A stretch of DNA of 64,000 nt from an uncultured Bacillota bacterium (GCA_947426945.1 CANEFX010000001.1:13238-77237); one strand, 5' to 3'; shown: positions 10,149 to 19,436, counted from the stretch's first letter. A program made the numbers and translations. The notes: generated from the sequence alone by a model not told the origin.

Positions 10149-12725
10149 ATGGCCGAAAGCAAATTCTTTGACTACGCAACGGGCAAAGAAGTTCGGAGCA
10201 ATCCCGAGGAAGAATATCGGCAGTTGTTTGAACACATCCTTATTGATGATTTAGGCTATCCGAAAGAGAATATTGATATTGAAGTTGTTTTGCAACGTGG
10301 TGCAGCCCGAAATGCTGAAAGGGCTGATATTGTTGTTTATAACGACAGTATACATAAACAAGAAAATGCATACATTGTCATTGAAATTGAAACACCAAAA
10401 AAGAAATATGACCTTCAGGCCTTTTCATATGTTACAGCAACGACCGCACCTTATTGTGTTTGGTTTGCAGGTTTTGAAAAAAACAGCGAAGGACCATATT
10501 ACCATTATAGGGATTTAAAAACGGCCCCCACAAAATTCAATCTTATTCCAACTTTGCCACGTTACGGTGAGAGTCAAGAAACAATTGGATTATATCGTAA
10601 ACAAGACTTAAAGCCTGCAAAAGCCCTTAAACTTCTGTTTACAAGGATGTATTATCATCTTTACGGAAATGGGCCCATAAAGCGCGAAGAAAACATAGCA
10701 ATAGAAGTTATCAAACTTCTGTTCTGCAAAATTATGGATGAAATAAACCCGGATGAACTTTGTGAATTCCGAGCAACGCCTTCTGAATTAAATTCTGATG
10801 GGGGTAAAAAAGCTATTAGGCAGCGCATCAACAAACTTTATGCGATGCTTCTGAAAGACCCGGATTTTGGAACGATGTTTAAGGGTGAAACAATCGAATA
10901 TGATAATAACTGGGTAGCATACATTGTTTCTGAATTGCAAGGTGTGGCTTTGATGCATGAAGATACGAATACAGATGCTTTGGGTGATGCATATGAGATA
11001 TTACTTCCGTCTACTTTGAAAGGTGAAAGCGGACAATTCTTTACCCCACGTGAAATTGTTCGTTTCGCTATAGATGTCATCAACCCACAGTATAAGAGCG
11101 GTGAGTTGATATTAGATACAGCATGCGGCTCTGGAGGATTTCTTTCTATCGCAATAGAGAAGTTGCGCAAGCAGATTGATGTACTGTATAGATCAAGAAA
11201 CTTTTCAAAAGATAAATTAAATTCCCTACTTAAAGATTACGCTGACAAATATATTTTTGGGTGTGATATTGATCCGCTTTTGTATAGAATATCAAAATCA
11301 TACATGGCTATAGTTGGGGATGGGAAGAGCAATATATATAACTTTGATTCATTAGAGCCGTATCCTGAATTGAATGAGCGTTTCAAGAAAAGAATCAAAC
11401 CTGGTTCGGTGGATGTTATTACTACGAATCCACCTTTTGGCACACATATAAAGGACACAAGAAAAGAGGTTCTTGAGCAATATGAATTAGGGCATAAACT
11501 TTCTAATGGTTTACCTACTGCAGAATTGTTGGATGGTCAAGATCCCGATAAACTATTTGTAGAAAGAGATATTCTGTATCTTAAGGAGGCTATTGACGAA
11601 AAAGAGGGCGGCAGAATGGTTATTGTTCTGCCTAAACAGAACCTTTCCGGTGCGCAAGAAGAATCAGTAGAATTTAGAAACTGGTTAATGCGGAAGGTTC
11701 AAATAATAGCTATTGTTGATTTGCCTCGAGAAGCATTTCAACCGCACACCGGAACAAAAACTTCACTTGTATTTCTAAAGAAAGTAAAAGTTATACCTGA
11801 GAACTATCCTATTTTTATGGCAGTATCAGAGGCAGTTGGACACGACAGGCGGGGCAATCCTTTATATAAAAAAGATGCAAGTGGAATGAATCTTCTTGAC
11901 GAAGATAAAAACCCTGTGATATGGAATGATTTGCCCGAAATTTTAGAGCAATGGAACCGTTATGTTTTAAGACAGACTGTGAAGCAGGCAGATGAAAGCG
12001 ACGGACATGCGCCAAGTTGCTTTGTTATAGAGTCAAAGCAAATTCTTGACGATCCATCAAGGCGTATTGATGCATGGTATTGGGATCCAAATAAGAACAC
12101 CCTTGCAAAACAGATTGAAGAGTCTGTGGGTGGTGATATTCAAGAAATCGTGCGTTTAGGGGATTTAGTTGTAGAACATGGTATTTTCTATCCAGGCCGT
12201 CATAAGCGGAACTATATTGATCCCGGAAAAGACAGCATTCCATTTTATTCGGGAACACAGATTCTTCAAATTCGTCCGTTTGATTTGCAATATCAACCGA
12301 GAGATTACTCGCCTGCGGCAAAGCACTTTGTTGAGAAGAATTGGATTCTAATAACTCGTTCCGGCTCAACAGGGCGCGTTGTTATGGTTACTGACAGTAT
12401 GTCCGGAGCAATGGTGACAGAACATGTTATCCGAGTCATTTGTGATGAAACAATAGTTGACCCATACTATGTGTATGCTTATTTGGCGACAGATAACATA
12501 GGAAAAGTGTTGCTTGAAAAAGGAATATATGCTTCAGTAGTTGACCACATCACACCTGACTTTGTCGCAACCATTCCTATTCCACGCCTGTCCCCTGAGA
12601 GAGAAAAGGCAATAGCAGATAAAGTTCGAGAATCTGAACGCAAAAGAGATGAGGCAAACAAAGCCTTTCTTGAAGAACGGGCAGCGATCGAAAGCATAAT
12701 GTTTTCCAATATGAAAACGGATTAA
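10149..12725 (+). CDS. Fused R-M polypeptide: HsdR-N-like nuclease-fold domain + gamma-class N6-adenine DNA methyltransferase + single HsdS-type TRD (Type IIG/IIB-like)
   Basis: 858-aa ORF. SAM motif ILDTACGSGGFL (~nt 11110) and catalytic NPPFG (nt 11427-11441). The N-terminus (...RADIVVYND...YIVIEIETPKK) resembles the type I HsdR N-terminal PD-(D/E)xK fold. The last ~200 aa look like an HsdS target-recognition domain plus conserved helix. AT-rich, with A/T-ending codons unlike all neighbours. Confidence 0.8.
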   Translation: MAESKFFDYATGKEVRSNPEEEYRQLFEHILIDDLGYPKENIDIEVVLQRGAARNAERADIVVYNDSIHKQENAYIVIEIETPKKKYDLQAFSYVTATTAPYCVWFAGFEKNSEGPYYHYRDLKTAPTKFNLIPTLPRYGESQETIGLYRKQDLKPAKALKLLFTRMYYHLYGNGPIKREENIAIEVIKLLFCKIMDEINPDELCEFRATPSELNSDGGKKAIRQRINKLYAMLLKDPDFGTMFKGETIEYDNNWVAYIVSELQGVALMHEDTNTDALGDAYEILLPSTLKGESGQFFTPREIVRFAIDVINPQYKSGELILDTACGSGGFLSIAIEKLRKQIDVLYRSRNFSKDKLNSLLKDYADKYIFGCDIDPLLYRISKSYMAIVGDGKSNIYNFDSLEPYPELNERFKKRIKPGSVDVITTNPPFGTHIKDTRKEVLEQYELGHKLSNGLPTAELLDGQDPDKLFVERDILYLKEAIDEKEGGRMVIVLPKQNLSGAQEESVEFRNWLMRKVQIIAIVDLPREAFQPHTGTKTSLVFLKKVKVIPENYPIFMAVSEAVGHDRRGNPLYKKDASGMNLLDEDKNPVIWNDLPEILEQWNRYVLRQTVKQADESDGHAPSCFVIESKQILDDPSRRIDAWYWDPNKNTLAKQIEESVGGDIQEIVRLGDLVVEHGIFYPGRHKRNYIDPGKDSIPFYSGTQILQIRPFDLQYQPRDYSPAAKHFVEKNWILITRSGSTGRVVMVTDSMSGAMVTEHVIRVICDETIVDPYYVYAYLATDNIGKVLLEKGIYASVVDHITPDFVATIPIPRLSPEREKAIADKVRESERKRDEANKAFLEERAAIESIMFSNMKTD

Positions 12726-12771
12726 AGATCGTGTCATCATCTTGGAAGAATTTTTCACAATTCACAGGAAA

Positions 12772-12811
12772 AGAGCTAACTGATTTTGATCGGGCCAGTT
12801 AGCTCTTTTTT
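12772..12811 (+). terminator. Rho-independent terminator of the R-M gene
   Basis: AGAGCTAACTG ... CAGTTAGCTCT 11-bp stem followed by TTTTT. Confidence 0.8.
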
Positions 12812-12853
12812 GCTGCTTTAGTTGTTGCTGAAGAGGGCTGCCAGTGTGCCGAA

Positions 12854-13567
12854 TCAACTCATTTCCCGCCGCAGCCTGTCCAGCGCCCGGCGCTCCAGCC
12901 GAGACACCTGAACCTGGGATACCCCCAAAACCCTTGCGGTGTTCATCTGAGTCATCCCCCGGTAGTACCGCAGAAGGAGGACCTGCTGTTCCCGCTCCGG
13001 CAGGGCAGAAATAGCGGAGCGGAGGGTGAGTCGCTCGACCATCCCATCCTCCTCGTTTCCCGTGGTGAGCATCCCCTCCAGGGTGAGGCCGTCTGTTCCG
13101 GTCTCTGTTTGAAGAGAGATTACCGGCTCCACCGCCGTCTCGGCGGCAGCAATCTCCTCGGGGGAGAGACCAATATCCTCCGCCAGCTCGGACAAGGTGG
13201 GCTCTCGGCCCATCCGGGAGGCCAGCTGTGCCCGGGTCGCCCGGATGGCAGCGCCCCGCTCCTTCAGCCCCCGGCTCACCTTCACCGGTCCATCGTCCCG
13301 GAGAAAGCGTCGGATTTCGCCGGCAATTTTGGGGACAGCGTAGGTGGAAAACTGGGTACCATACTGTGGGTCGAAGCCCCGCACCGCCTTAAGGAAGCCC
13401 AGACAGCCCAGCTGATACAGGTCGTCGGGATCCACCCCCCGGCCGTAGTACCGGCGGACCACACTCCAGATCAGTCCATTGTTTTCCAGCAGCACCTGCT
13501 CACAGGCGGTGCTGTCGCCCCCCCGGGCGGCCTCCAGAAGGTCGGAGCCGGCGAGCGGTCCGCTCAC
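12854..13567 (-). CDS. sigF: Sporulation sigma factor SigF
   Basis: 237-aa sigma-70 family protein (regions 2-4; ...LGVSQVQVSRLERRAL). Last gene of a spoIIAA-AB-AC arrangement, with GTGA start/stop overlap with spoIIAB. Confidence 0.9.
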   Translation of the reverse strand: MSGPLAGSDLLEAARGGDSTACEQVLLENNGLIWSVVRRYYGRGVDPDDLYQLGCLGFLKAVRGFDPQYGTQFSTYAVPKIAGEIRRFLRDDGPVKVSRGLKERGAAIRATRAQLASRMGREPTLSELAEDIGLSPEEIAAAETAVEPVISLQTETGTDGLTLEGMLTTGNEEDGMVERLTLRSAISALPEREQQVLLLRYYRGMTQMNTARVLGVSQVQVSRLERRALDRLRREMS

Positions 13568-14001
13568 CGCCCGGCCCGGCGGGAGATCTTCCGGGCCATA
13601 GTGACGGTGGTGCCCTTCCCGAGGGCGGAACGGACCCGCAGGGTATCCATAAAGCTCTCCATGATGGTAAAGCCCATGCCGGAGCGCTCCTCGCTGCCTG
13701 TGGTGAACAGGGGGGTCCGGGCCTGGTCTATGTCAGCGATGCCCACCCCCCAGTCCTTTACCACGATTTCCAGAACGTGTTCCTTCCGGATGCGCAGTTT
13801 GAGGGACACCTTGCCCAGAGCGTCCGGGTAGGCGTGAACAATGGCGTTGGTTACCGCTTCGCTGACGGCAGTCTTGATGTCGTTGACTTCCTCCAGAGTT
13901 GGGTCCAGCTGAGCGGCGAAGCAGGCCGCCGCCGTTCGGGCAAAGGCTTCGTTGGCCGAACGACTGGGGAACTCCAGAGTGACTTGGTTTTCAATTTTCA
14001 T
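13564..14001 (-). CDS. spoIIAB: Anti-sigma F factor (serine kinase) SpoIIAB
   Basis: HATPase-like motifs (AVSEAVTNAIVHAY, ...GMGFTIM). Start set at MKIENQ... behind AGGAAAGGA RBS. Confidence 0.9.
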   Translation of the reverse strand: MKIENQVTLEFPSRSANEAFARTAAACFAAQLDPTLEEVNDIKTAVSEAVTNAIVHAYPDALGKVSLKLRIRKEHVLEIVVKDWGVGIADIDQARTPLFTTGSEERSGMGFTIMESFMDTLRVRSALGKGTTVTMARKISRRAGR

Positions 14002-14058
14002 ATGTACCGGTCCTTTCCTGGCCGCAGCTCTCAAATTTTGTCCTCCAAGGGACGTTTT

Positions 14059-14364
14059 TCACTCAAACCGGATGATCCGATCCAGGCCGGCGGCCCGGAA
14101 CACCTTTCCCGCCTGGTCCGGGGTGTTGACTACCCGCATGGCTCCATTCACCTGGCCCATCCTCCGGTGGGCCCGGAGGAGTACCGCGATGCCTGAGCTG
14201 TCGGCAAAGGTGAGCCCGCTCAAATCCAGGGTGAGTTCTCTGGGCTGGGCCAGGTCGATCCGGCGGTCCAGCTCCTTCATCACTGTCTTGGCCTCGTGGT
14301 GGTCCAGCTCCCCCGCCACCAGGGCGGTAAGCCGGCGCTTGTCCTCTGTGCAGGTTAACGGCAT
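14059..14364 (-). CDS. spoIIAA: Anti-sigma F factor antagonist SpoIIAA (STAS domain)
   Basis: STAS domain with the phosphorylatable-Ser context DLSGLTFADSSGIAVL. Start set at the ATG after GAGGAG. Confidence 0.88.
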   Translation of the reverse strand: MPLTCTEDKRRLTALVAGELDHHEAKTVMKELDRRIDLAQPRELTLDLSGLTFADSSGIAVLLRAHRRMGQVNGAMRVVNTPDQAGKVFRAAGLDRIIRFE

Positions 14365-14520
14365 GTCAGACCCGCTCCTCTCTTTAAAATATCCAATAAT
14401 TTCCAATTAATTATAGGGCAAGCTCCCTGTCGGATTTGCGGGCTTTCCGTCGTAGAGTAATAAAAAAACAGACCGTCTCAATCAGGTGAGACCGGCCGTA
14501 AATTTTTTTTGCGTTCCCTA

Positions 14521-14570
14521 TTGACAAACGGGAAAAAAGCGTTATACTGTACATATAGTATATATACACT
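14521..14570 (+). promoter_or_regulatory. Promoter plus AT-rich dyad (candidate GntR/YtrA operator)
   Basis: TTGACA - 16 nt - TATACT, immediately followed by the imperfect 25-bp palindrome ACTGTACATATAGTATATATACACT (core GTATATATAC at 14558-14567). Confidence 0.55.
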
Positions 14571-14657
14571 AAATCTGATATCGGTGGAGGGGAGACGGCG
14601 CTGGACCAGCGCGCGGCCGGCAGCCAGGACCCCGCCCGCTGTTGAAAGGCAGGCCAA

Positions 14658-15038
14658 ATGGATATCATATTGAGTAACGCCAGCGGAAAGCCCATCTATG
14701 AGCAGATTGCCGACCAGGTGAAGGAGCAGATCATGTCCGGCGCGCTGTCGGCGGGGGACGCCCTGCCCTCCATGCGGTTGCTGGCCAAGGAACTGCGCAT
14801 TTCGGTCATTACCACTAAGCGGGCCTATGAGGAGCTGGAGCGGGACGGCTTTTTGGAAAACGTCCCCGGCAAGGGCTGCTTTGTGGCTCCCCAGAACCGG
14901 GAGCTGCTGCGGGAGGCCCAGCTGCGGAAGGTGGAGGAAAAGCTGTCTCAGGCGGTGGAGGAGGCCCGGAAGGGGGCTTTTCCCCTGGAGGAGCTCCACG
15001 AAATACTAGACTTATTGTATAAAGGTGAGGAACTATGA
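14658..15038 (+). CDS. GntR family (YtrA-subfamily) transcriptional regulator
   Basis: 126 aa. Winged-helix signature PIYEQIADQVKEQI..G.L..GD.LPS.R.LA.EL.IS..T..RAY..LE..G. The short C-terminal helix is typical of the YtrA type. Confidence 0.88.
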   Translation: MDIILSNASGKPIYEQIADQVKEQIMSGALSAGDALPSMRLLAKELRISVITTKRAYEELERDGFLENVPGKGCFVAPQNRELLREAQLRKVEEKLSQAVEEARKGAFPLEELHEILDLLYKGEEL

Positions 15039-15895
15039 CAAATTGTATTGAAATCAAGGGCCTCTGCAAGTCCTACGGGGACTTCGCCCTGAAAAATATT
15101 GACTTGACGCTCCCCGGCGGCTCTATCCTGGGGCTCATTGGGGAAAATGGCGCGGGCAAGACCACCACCATCAAGTGTATCCTGAACCTGATCCGCCGGG
15201 ACGCGGGGGAAATCACCCTACTGGGCTATGACAACATCCGGGAGGAGCGGCTGGCCAAGGCCGATGTGGGCCTGGTGCTGGACGAGTGTTTCTTCCATGA
15301 CACCCTCCGCGCCAAGGACGTGGGCAAAATTCTGGCCCCCGCCTACAAAAACTGGGACGGGGCACTGTTCCGGTCCTATCTGGACAAGTTCGGACTGCCG
15401 GAGAAGAAGCTCATCAAGGAGTTTTCCCGGGGCATGAAGATGAAGCTGTCCCTGTCCGCCGCCCTGGCCCACCACCCGAAACTGCTCATTCTGGACGAGG
15501 CCACCGCCGGGCTGGACCCGGTGGTCCGGGACGAGATTCTGGACGAGTTCCTGGGCTTCATCCAGGATGAGGACCACGCCATTCTCATGTCCAGCCACAT
15601 CACCTCCGACCTGGAGAAGGTGGCCGACTACATCGCTTACATCCACCAGGGGGAAGTGGTGCTGTCCGACGCCAAGGACAACATCCTGGACTCCTACGGC
15701 CGGGTGGGGTGTACCGCCGCCCAGCTGGAGGCCATCGACCCCCATGACGTGCTCCGCACCCGGCGGGGGACCTTCGGCTGTGAAGCACTGGTGCGTGACC
15801 GGGCCGCTTTCGCCCGCAAGTACCCCATGCTGATGGTGGAGCGAACCACGTTGGAGGACATCATGCTCTTTGTGGGGAAAGGAGAAACAAAATGA
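15035..15895 (+). CDS. ABC transporter ATP-binding protein
   Basis: Walker A GENGAGKTT, signature FSRGMKMKL, Walker B LLILDE. ATGA overlap with the GntR gene. Confidence 0.92.
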   Translation: MTNCIEIKGLCKSYGDFALKNIDLTLPGGSILGLIGENGAGKTTTIKCILNLIRRDAGEITLLGYDNIREERLAKADVGLVLDECFFHDTLRAKDVGKILAPAYKNWDGALFRSYLDKFGLPEKKLIKEFSRGMKMKLSLSAALAHHPKLLILDEATAGLDPVVRDEILDEFLGFIQDEDHAILMSSHITSDLEKVADYIAYIHQGEVVLSDAKDNILDSYGRVGCTAAQLEAIDPHDVLRTRRGTFGCEALVRDRAAFARKYPMLMVERTTLEDIMLFVGKGETK

Positions 15896-16545
15896 CCGGA
15901 CTGATTTGGAAAGATTTGATGGTGAGCAAACGCTCTCTGAAAGCCTATCTGGGCGTTATGATCTTCTACGCCATCCTGACCATCATAGATGTGTTCAATG
16001 TCGCTTTTGTCACCGCCTTCATCTCTATCATGCTGATCATGCTCCCCATCGCCGCCTTCTCCTACGACGAGCAGGCCAAGTGGGATCGGTACGCCATGGC
16101 CCTGCCCGTGGGCCGGAACAAGGTGGTGGGGGCCCGGTATCTGTTCACCCTGCTGATCGTCCTGGGCGCTCTGGCCTTCTCCCTGGTGGTGGGGGTCATT
16201 GTATCGGTCACAGGCAAGGGGGATCTGCTGGAGGTTCTGGTCTCCTCCCTGAGCACCCTGGCGATTGGCCTGCTGATCGCCGACATCCTGCTCCCCCTCT
16301 GCTATAAGATGGGCCCCGAGCGGGCCCGGCCCTACCTGTACGCCCTGGTTCTTCTCCCTGTACTGGGCCTCTTCCTGGCCAACCGCATGGGGGTGCATAT
16401 CGACACCTCCTGGCTGGACCGGCTGGCCCAGTCCAGCCCCGCCGCCTTGCTGGGCCTGTGCGCCCTGCCCCTGCTGGCCGCGCTGGGCCTGATGCTGGTT
16501 TCCTATCTGATCTCCTGCCGCATCACGGCGGGCAAGGAGTACTGA
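15892..16545 (+). CDS. ABC-2 type transporter permease
   Basis: 217-aa polytopic membrane protein translationally coupled to the ATPase (ATGA overlap). Typical YtrA-operon architecture. Confidence 0.75.
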   Translation: MTGLIWKDLMVSKRSLKAYLGVMIFYAILTIIDVFNVAFVTAFISIMLIMLPIAAFSYDEQAKWDRYAMALPVGRNKVVGARYLFTLLIVLGALAFSLVVGVIVSVTGKGDLLEVLVSSLSTLAIGLLIADILLPLCYKMGPERARPYLYALVLLPVLGLFLANRMGVHIDTSWLDRLAQSSPAALLGLCALPLLAALGLMLVSYLISCRITAGKEY

Positions 16546-16546
16546 T

Positions 16547-16720
16547 ATGCGGACCGCGGTGCTCCTCCTCTGGGCCGGCTGCCTGTACGTCCTTGCCCGA
16601 GGCGTCCTCTGCCTGATCTGGGCGGCCAGCCCCTGGCGGCGTATCCTGACGCTGGCCGTGCTGACCCTGGCCCTCGCCTGCTGCCGCACCCCGGAGGAAA
16701 TGAGCAAAAACCACCAATAA
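16547..16720 (+). CDS. Small hydrophobic protein (57 aa), hypothetical
   Basis: ATG 1 nt after the permease stop. MRTAVLLLWAGCLYVLARGVLCLIWAASPWRRILTLAVLTLALACC... has two predicted TM helices. Below the size cut-off of the ORF track. Confidence 0.4.
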   Translation: MRTAVLLLWAGCLYVLARGVLCLIWAASPWRRILTLAVLTLALACCRTPEEMSKNHQ

Positions 16721-16781
16721 ACCCCTTGCATTCCGCCCCTGTTCTGTGGTAAAATAACAACAGTAAAGGAGCGTGAGTGCT

Positions 16782-16928
16782 ATGCGTTTGAAAGATATGA
16801 CCACCAAGGAGGCCATCCGCCAGCTTCAGGACATGAAGCAGTACTGTACCGCCAAATCCATCCCCGCTCTGGACTACGCCATCAAGGCGCTCAAGGAAAA
16901 GGCGGCTGCCGAAGAAACAGCGACATAA
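16782..16928 (+). CDS. Small hypothetical protein (48 aa)
   Basis: AAGGAG RBS 10 nt upstream of the ATG. MRLKDMTTKEAIRQLQDMKQYCTAKSIPALDYAIKALKEKAAAEETAT is followed by a terminator hairpin. Confidence 0.4.
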   Translation: MRLKDMTTKEAIRQLQDMKQYCTAKSIPALDYAIKALKEKAAAEETAT

Positions 16929-16943
16929 GGCAAGGCCCCCGGC

Positions 16944-17570
16944 TCAGCCGGGGGCCTTGCATATCTGTACCAGATTTCGGGTAATCCGTCCGGTGAGGCC
17001 CCAGATGGCCCGCCCCTGCCAGGGGTAGACAGGGACATTCTCCCATCCGTGCTGCCATTGGTAGTCCCGGGGGATGCCGATGACCTCGTAGGGGAAGTTG
17101 ACCGCCGGGGTGGGGATCAGCTCGTACTCATACTCGATGGGGTCTGTCTCCAGCAGATGGGACAGGGGGACGAAAAACACCTCGTCCACCTCCGCCGGAC
17201 TGGGGACCATCCGGTCCAATGCTTTGCTGTCCACCAGACCCAGGACGGGCTGCATGAGGAAGCTGGCCCGGTGGGCGATAAAGTCCAGGCGGCCCAGCAG
17301 CTGAATCTGCCCGCCGGGAATAGCCAGCTCCTCCCAGGTCTCCCGCAGGGCGCACTCCTCCGGAGTTTCCCCCGGTTCCATCCGGCCCCCGGGGAAGCAG
17401 ATCTCCCCCGGCTGGCGGCGCAGGGTCTGCGCCCGGACCTCATAGAGCAGGCAAAGCTCTCCCTCCCGCTTTATCAGGGGCACCAGCACGGCATAGGAGC
17501 GCTGGGAGTCCATCAAACCGGGGGCGCGGGTTTTCATCGTTTGTTCCAGGGCGGTCAGGTTAAATTCCAT
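16944..17570 (-). CDS. NUDIX hydrolase (CoA pyrophosphatase-like)
   Basis: Nudix box GGRMEPGETPEECALRETWEELAI. Confidence 0.85.
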   Translation of the reverse strand: MEFNLTALEQTMKTRAPGLMDSQRSYAVLVPLIKREGELCLLYEVRAQTLRRQPGEICFPGGRMEPGETPEECALRETWEELAIPGGQIQLLGRLDFIAHRASFLMQPVLGLVDSKALDRMVPSPAEVDEVFFVPLSHLLETDPIEYEYELIPTPAVNFPYEVIGIPRDYQWQHGWENVPVYPWQGRAIWGLTGRITRNLVQICKAPG

Positions 17571-17651
17571 CTTCGTCTCTCCGTCCTCCGTCCCCCGCAG
17601 CGAGGCCCCTTTGCCAAAAGAGGCTTTTTTCGCCGCGGCGGGACGCGGGGA

Positions 17652-19409
17652 TTACATTTTCTCCGGGGCAGTGACGCCCAGAAGGCCCAGGCCGTTAGCC
17701 AGGACGGAACGCACCGTGTCTGCCAGCTTGAGGCGGGCGGCCAGGACGGCCTCCTCCTCCCCCTTCAGGCGGCAGGCGTTGTAGAAGCGGTGGAAATCCC
17801 CGGCCAGAGCGGTGAGATAGCGGTTGATGCGGCTGGGGTCATAGTCCCGGGCGGCCAGGTGGAGCTCCTCGGGGTATTGGGCCAGGGATTTGACCAGAGC
17901 CAGCTCCTCCGGCGCGGCAAGCACAGCGGCGTCCACGGTATCGGCGGAAGGAACCCTGGCTCCGTCCTCCTCAGTCAGCCGGGCGATGAGGGAGCAGATG
18001 CGGGCGTGGGCGTATTGGACATAGTACACCGGGTTTTCACTGTCCTGACGGACGGCCAGGTCCAGGTCGAAGTCCAGGGGGCTGGTGGCAGCCCGGTTGT
18101 TGAAATAATATCGGGCGGCGTCCACTGAAATCTCGTCCAGGAGGTCGTGGAGGGCGATGGCCTTGCCTGTCCGCTTGGACATGCGCACCGGCTTGCCGTC
18201 CTGGAGCAGGTTGACCAGCTGCATGAGGACAATCACCAGCCGGTGGGAGCCGTCCAGGCCCAGGCCGTCCAAGGCGGCCTGGAGTCGGGCCACATGGCCG
18301 TGGTGATCGGCCCCCCAGATGTTGATGACCAGGTCGAAGCCCCGCACGTCCAGCTTGTTCCGGTGGTAGGCGATGTCGGCGGCAAAGTAGGTGTAGAAGC
18401 CGTTGGCCCGGCGGAGCACGTCGTCCTTCAGATCCAGCTTGTCCGCCTGTTCCCGGGTTCTGCCATCAGCCATGTATTTTTTCTTCAGCAGCTCGGTGGT
18501 GTTCAGCCACAGGGCCCCGTCCTTCTCATAGGTCCAGCCCTTCTCGGTGAGCAGAGCCACCGTCTCGGCCACATAGCCCGACTCATGGAGGGAGGACTCC
18601 AGAAACCACTGGTCGTACGCAATGCCGTACTTTTTCAGATCGGATTCCATCCTGGGGATGTTGCGCTCCAGGCCGAATTTGGCCATTTTATCCAGCCAGT
18701 CTGCCTCGGCGCCGCCGTCGGGAAACGCAATTCCGTCCTGAGCCAGAAAGCCCTGGGCCAGCTCCCGGATGTCGTCGCCGTGGTAGCCGTCCTCGGGGAA
18801 GGGGTAATTGTCCTCCCCCAGAGTGAGCTGCATGCATCGGGCGTAGATGGATCGGGCGAACTTGTTGATCTGGTTGCCCGCGTCGTTGACGTAGAATTCC
18901 TTCCACACGCTCCAGCCGTCCCGGGAGAGCACGTTGGCCAGGGTGTCCCCCAGCACGCCGCCCCGGGCGTTGCCCATATGCATGGGGCCTGTGGGATTGG
19001 CGGAGACAAATTCCACCATCACTTTTCGGCCGGCCCCCTCATTCCCGGAGCCATAGTCCATCCCCTCGCGCTCAATGGTGCGCAATACCTCGCCGTACCA
19101 CCGGGGACCCAGGGTAAAGTTGAGGAAGCCTGGACCGGCAATCTCCGCGTTCTGAAAGTAGCTGCCCTCCAGCTCCAGGTTGTCCAAAATAGCCTGGGCG
19201 ATGGCCCGGGGGGCCATGTGCAGCGCCTTGGCGCCAGCCATGGCAAAGGTGGAAGCGTAGTCCCCGTGGGCTGTATCCTTGGGAATCTCAACGGAGGCCT
19301 TCACCGCCTCCCCGCCCGAAGGCAAGCCCCCCGCGACGGAAGCCCGCTCATAGGCCGCCCTGGCCAGGGCGGCCGCTTGGTCTTTGGCGGCCTGAATCAT
19401 GTTTATCAT
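17652..19409 (-). CDS. argS: Arginine--tRNA ligase
   Basis: Class I aaRS motifs (SANPTGPMHMGNARG, MSKRTGK) and DALR anticodon-binding C-terminus. Start set at MINMIQ... behind GAGGTG. Confidence 0.95.
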   Translation of the reverse strand: MINMIQAAKDQAAALARAAYERASVAGGLPSGGEAVKASVEIPKDTAHGDYASTFAMAGAKALHMAPRAIAQAILDNLELEGSYFQNAEIAGPGFLNFTLGPRWYGEVLRTIEREGMDYGSGNEGAGRKVMVEFVSANPTGPMHMGNARGGVLGDTLANVLSRDGWSVWKEFYVNDAGNQINKFARSIYARCMQLTLGEDNYPFPEDGYHGDDIRELAQGFLAQDGIAFPDGGAEADWLDKMAKFGLERNIPRMESDLKKYGIAYDQWFLESSLHESGYVAETVALLTEKGWTYEKDGALWLNTTELLKKKYMADGRTREQADKLDLKDDVLRRANGFYTYFAADIAYHRNKLDVRGFDLVINIWGADHHGHVARLQAALDGLGLDGSHRLVIVLMQLVNLLQDGKPVRMSKRTGKAIALHDLLDEISVDAARYYFNNRAATSPLDFDLDLAVRQDSENPVYYVQYAHARICSLIARLTEEDGARVPSADTVDAAVLAAPEELALVKSLAQYPEELHLAARDYDPSRINRYLTALAGDFHRFYNACRLKGEEEAVLAARLKLADTVRSVLANGLGLLGVTAPEKM

Positions 19410-19436
19410 CTTTTGCACCTCGTTTTTATGTGTGCA

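Noticed and set aside
10080-12853. Integrative mobile element hallmarks around the AT-rich island (integrase, transposase, att-like direct repeats, tRNA target).
   Set aside because: None were found by eye. The island contains one gene and a terminator only, so it is reported as an island of unknown insertion mechanism, not as a mobile element.
14428-14434. Spo0A-box-like heptamer TGTCGGA upstream of spoIIAA, and a hairpin with flanking A/T runs at ~14465-14510.
   Set aside because: This is a single one-mismatch 0A box with no recognisable sigma-H -35/-10 partner. The hairpin stem is only ~6 bp. The evidence is insufficient to annotate.
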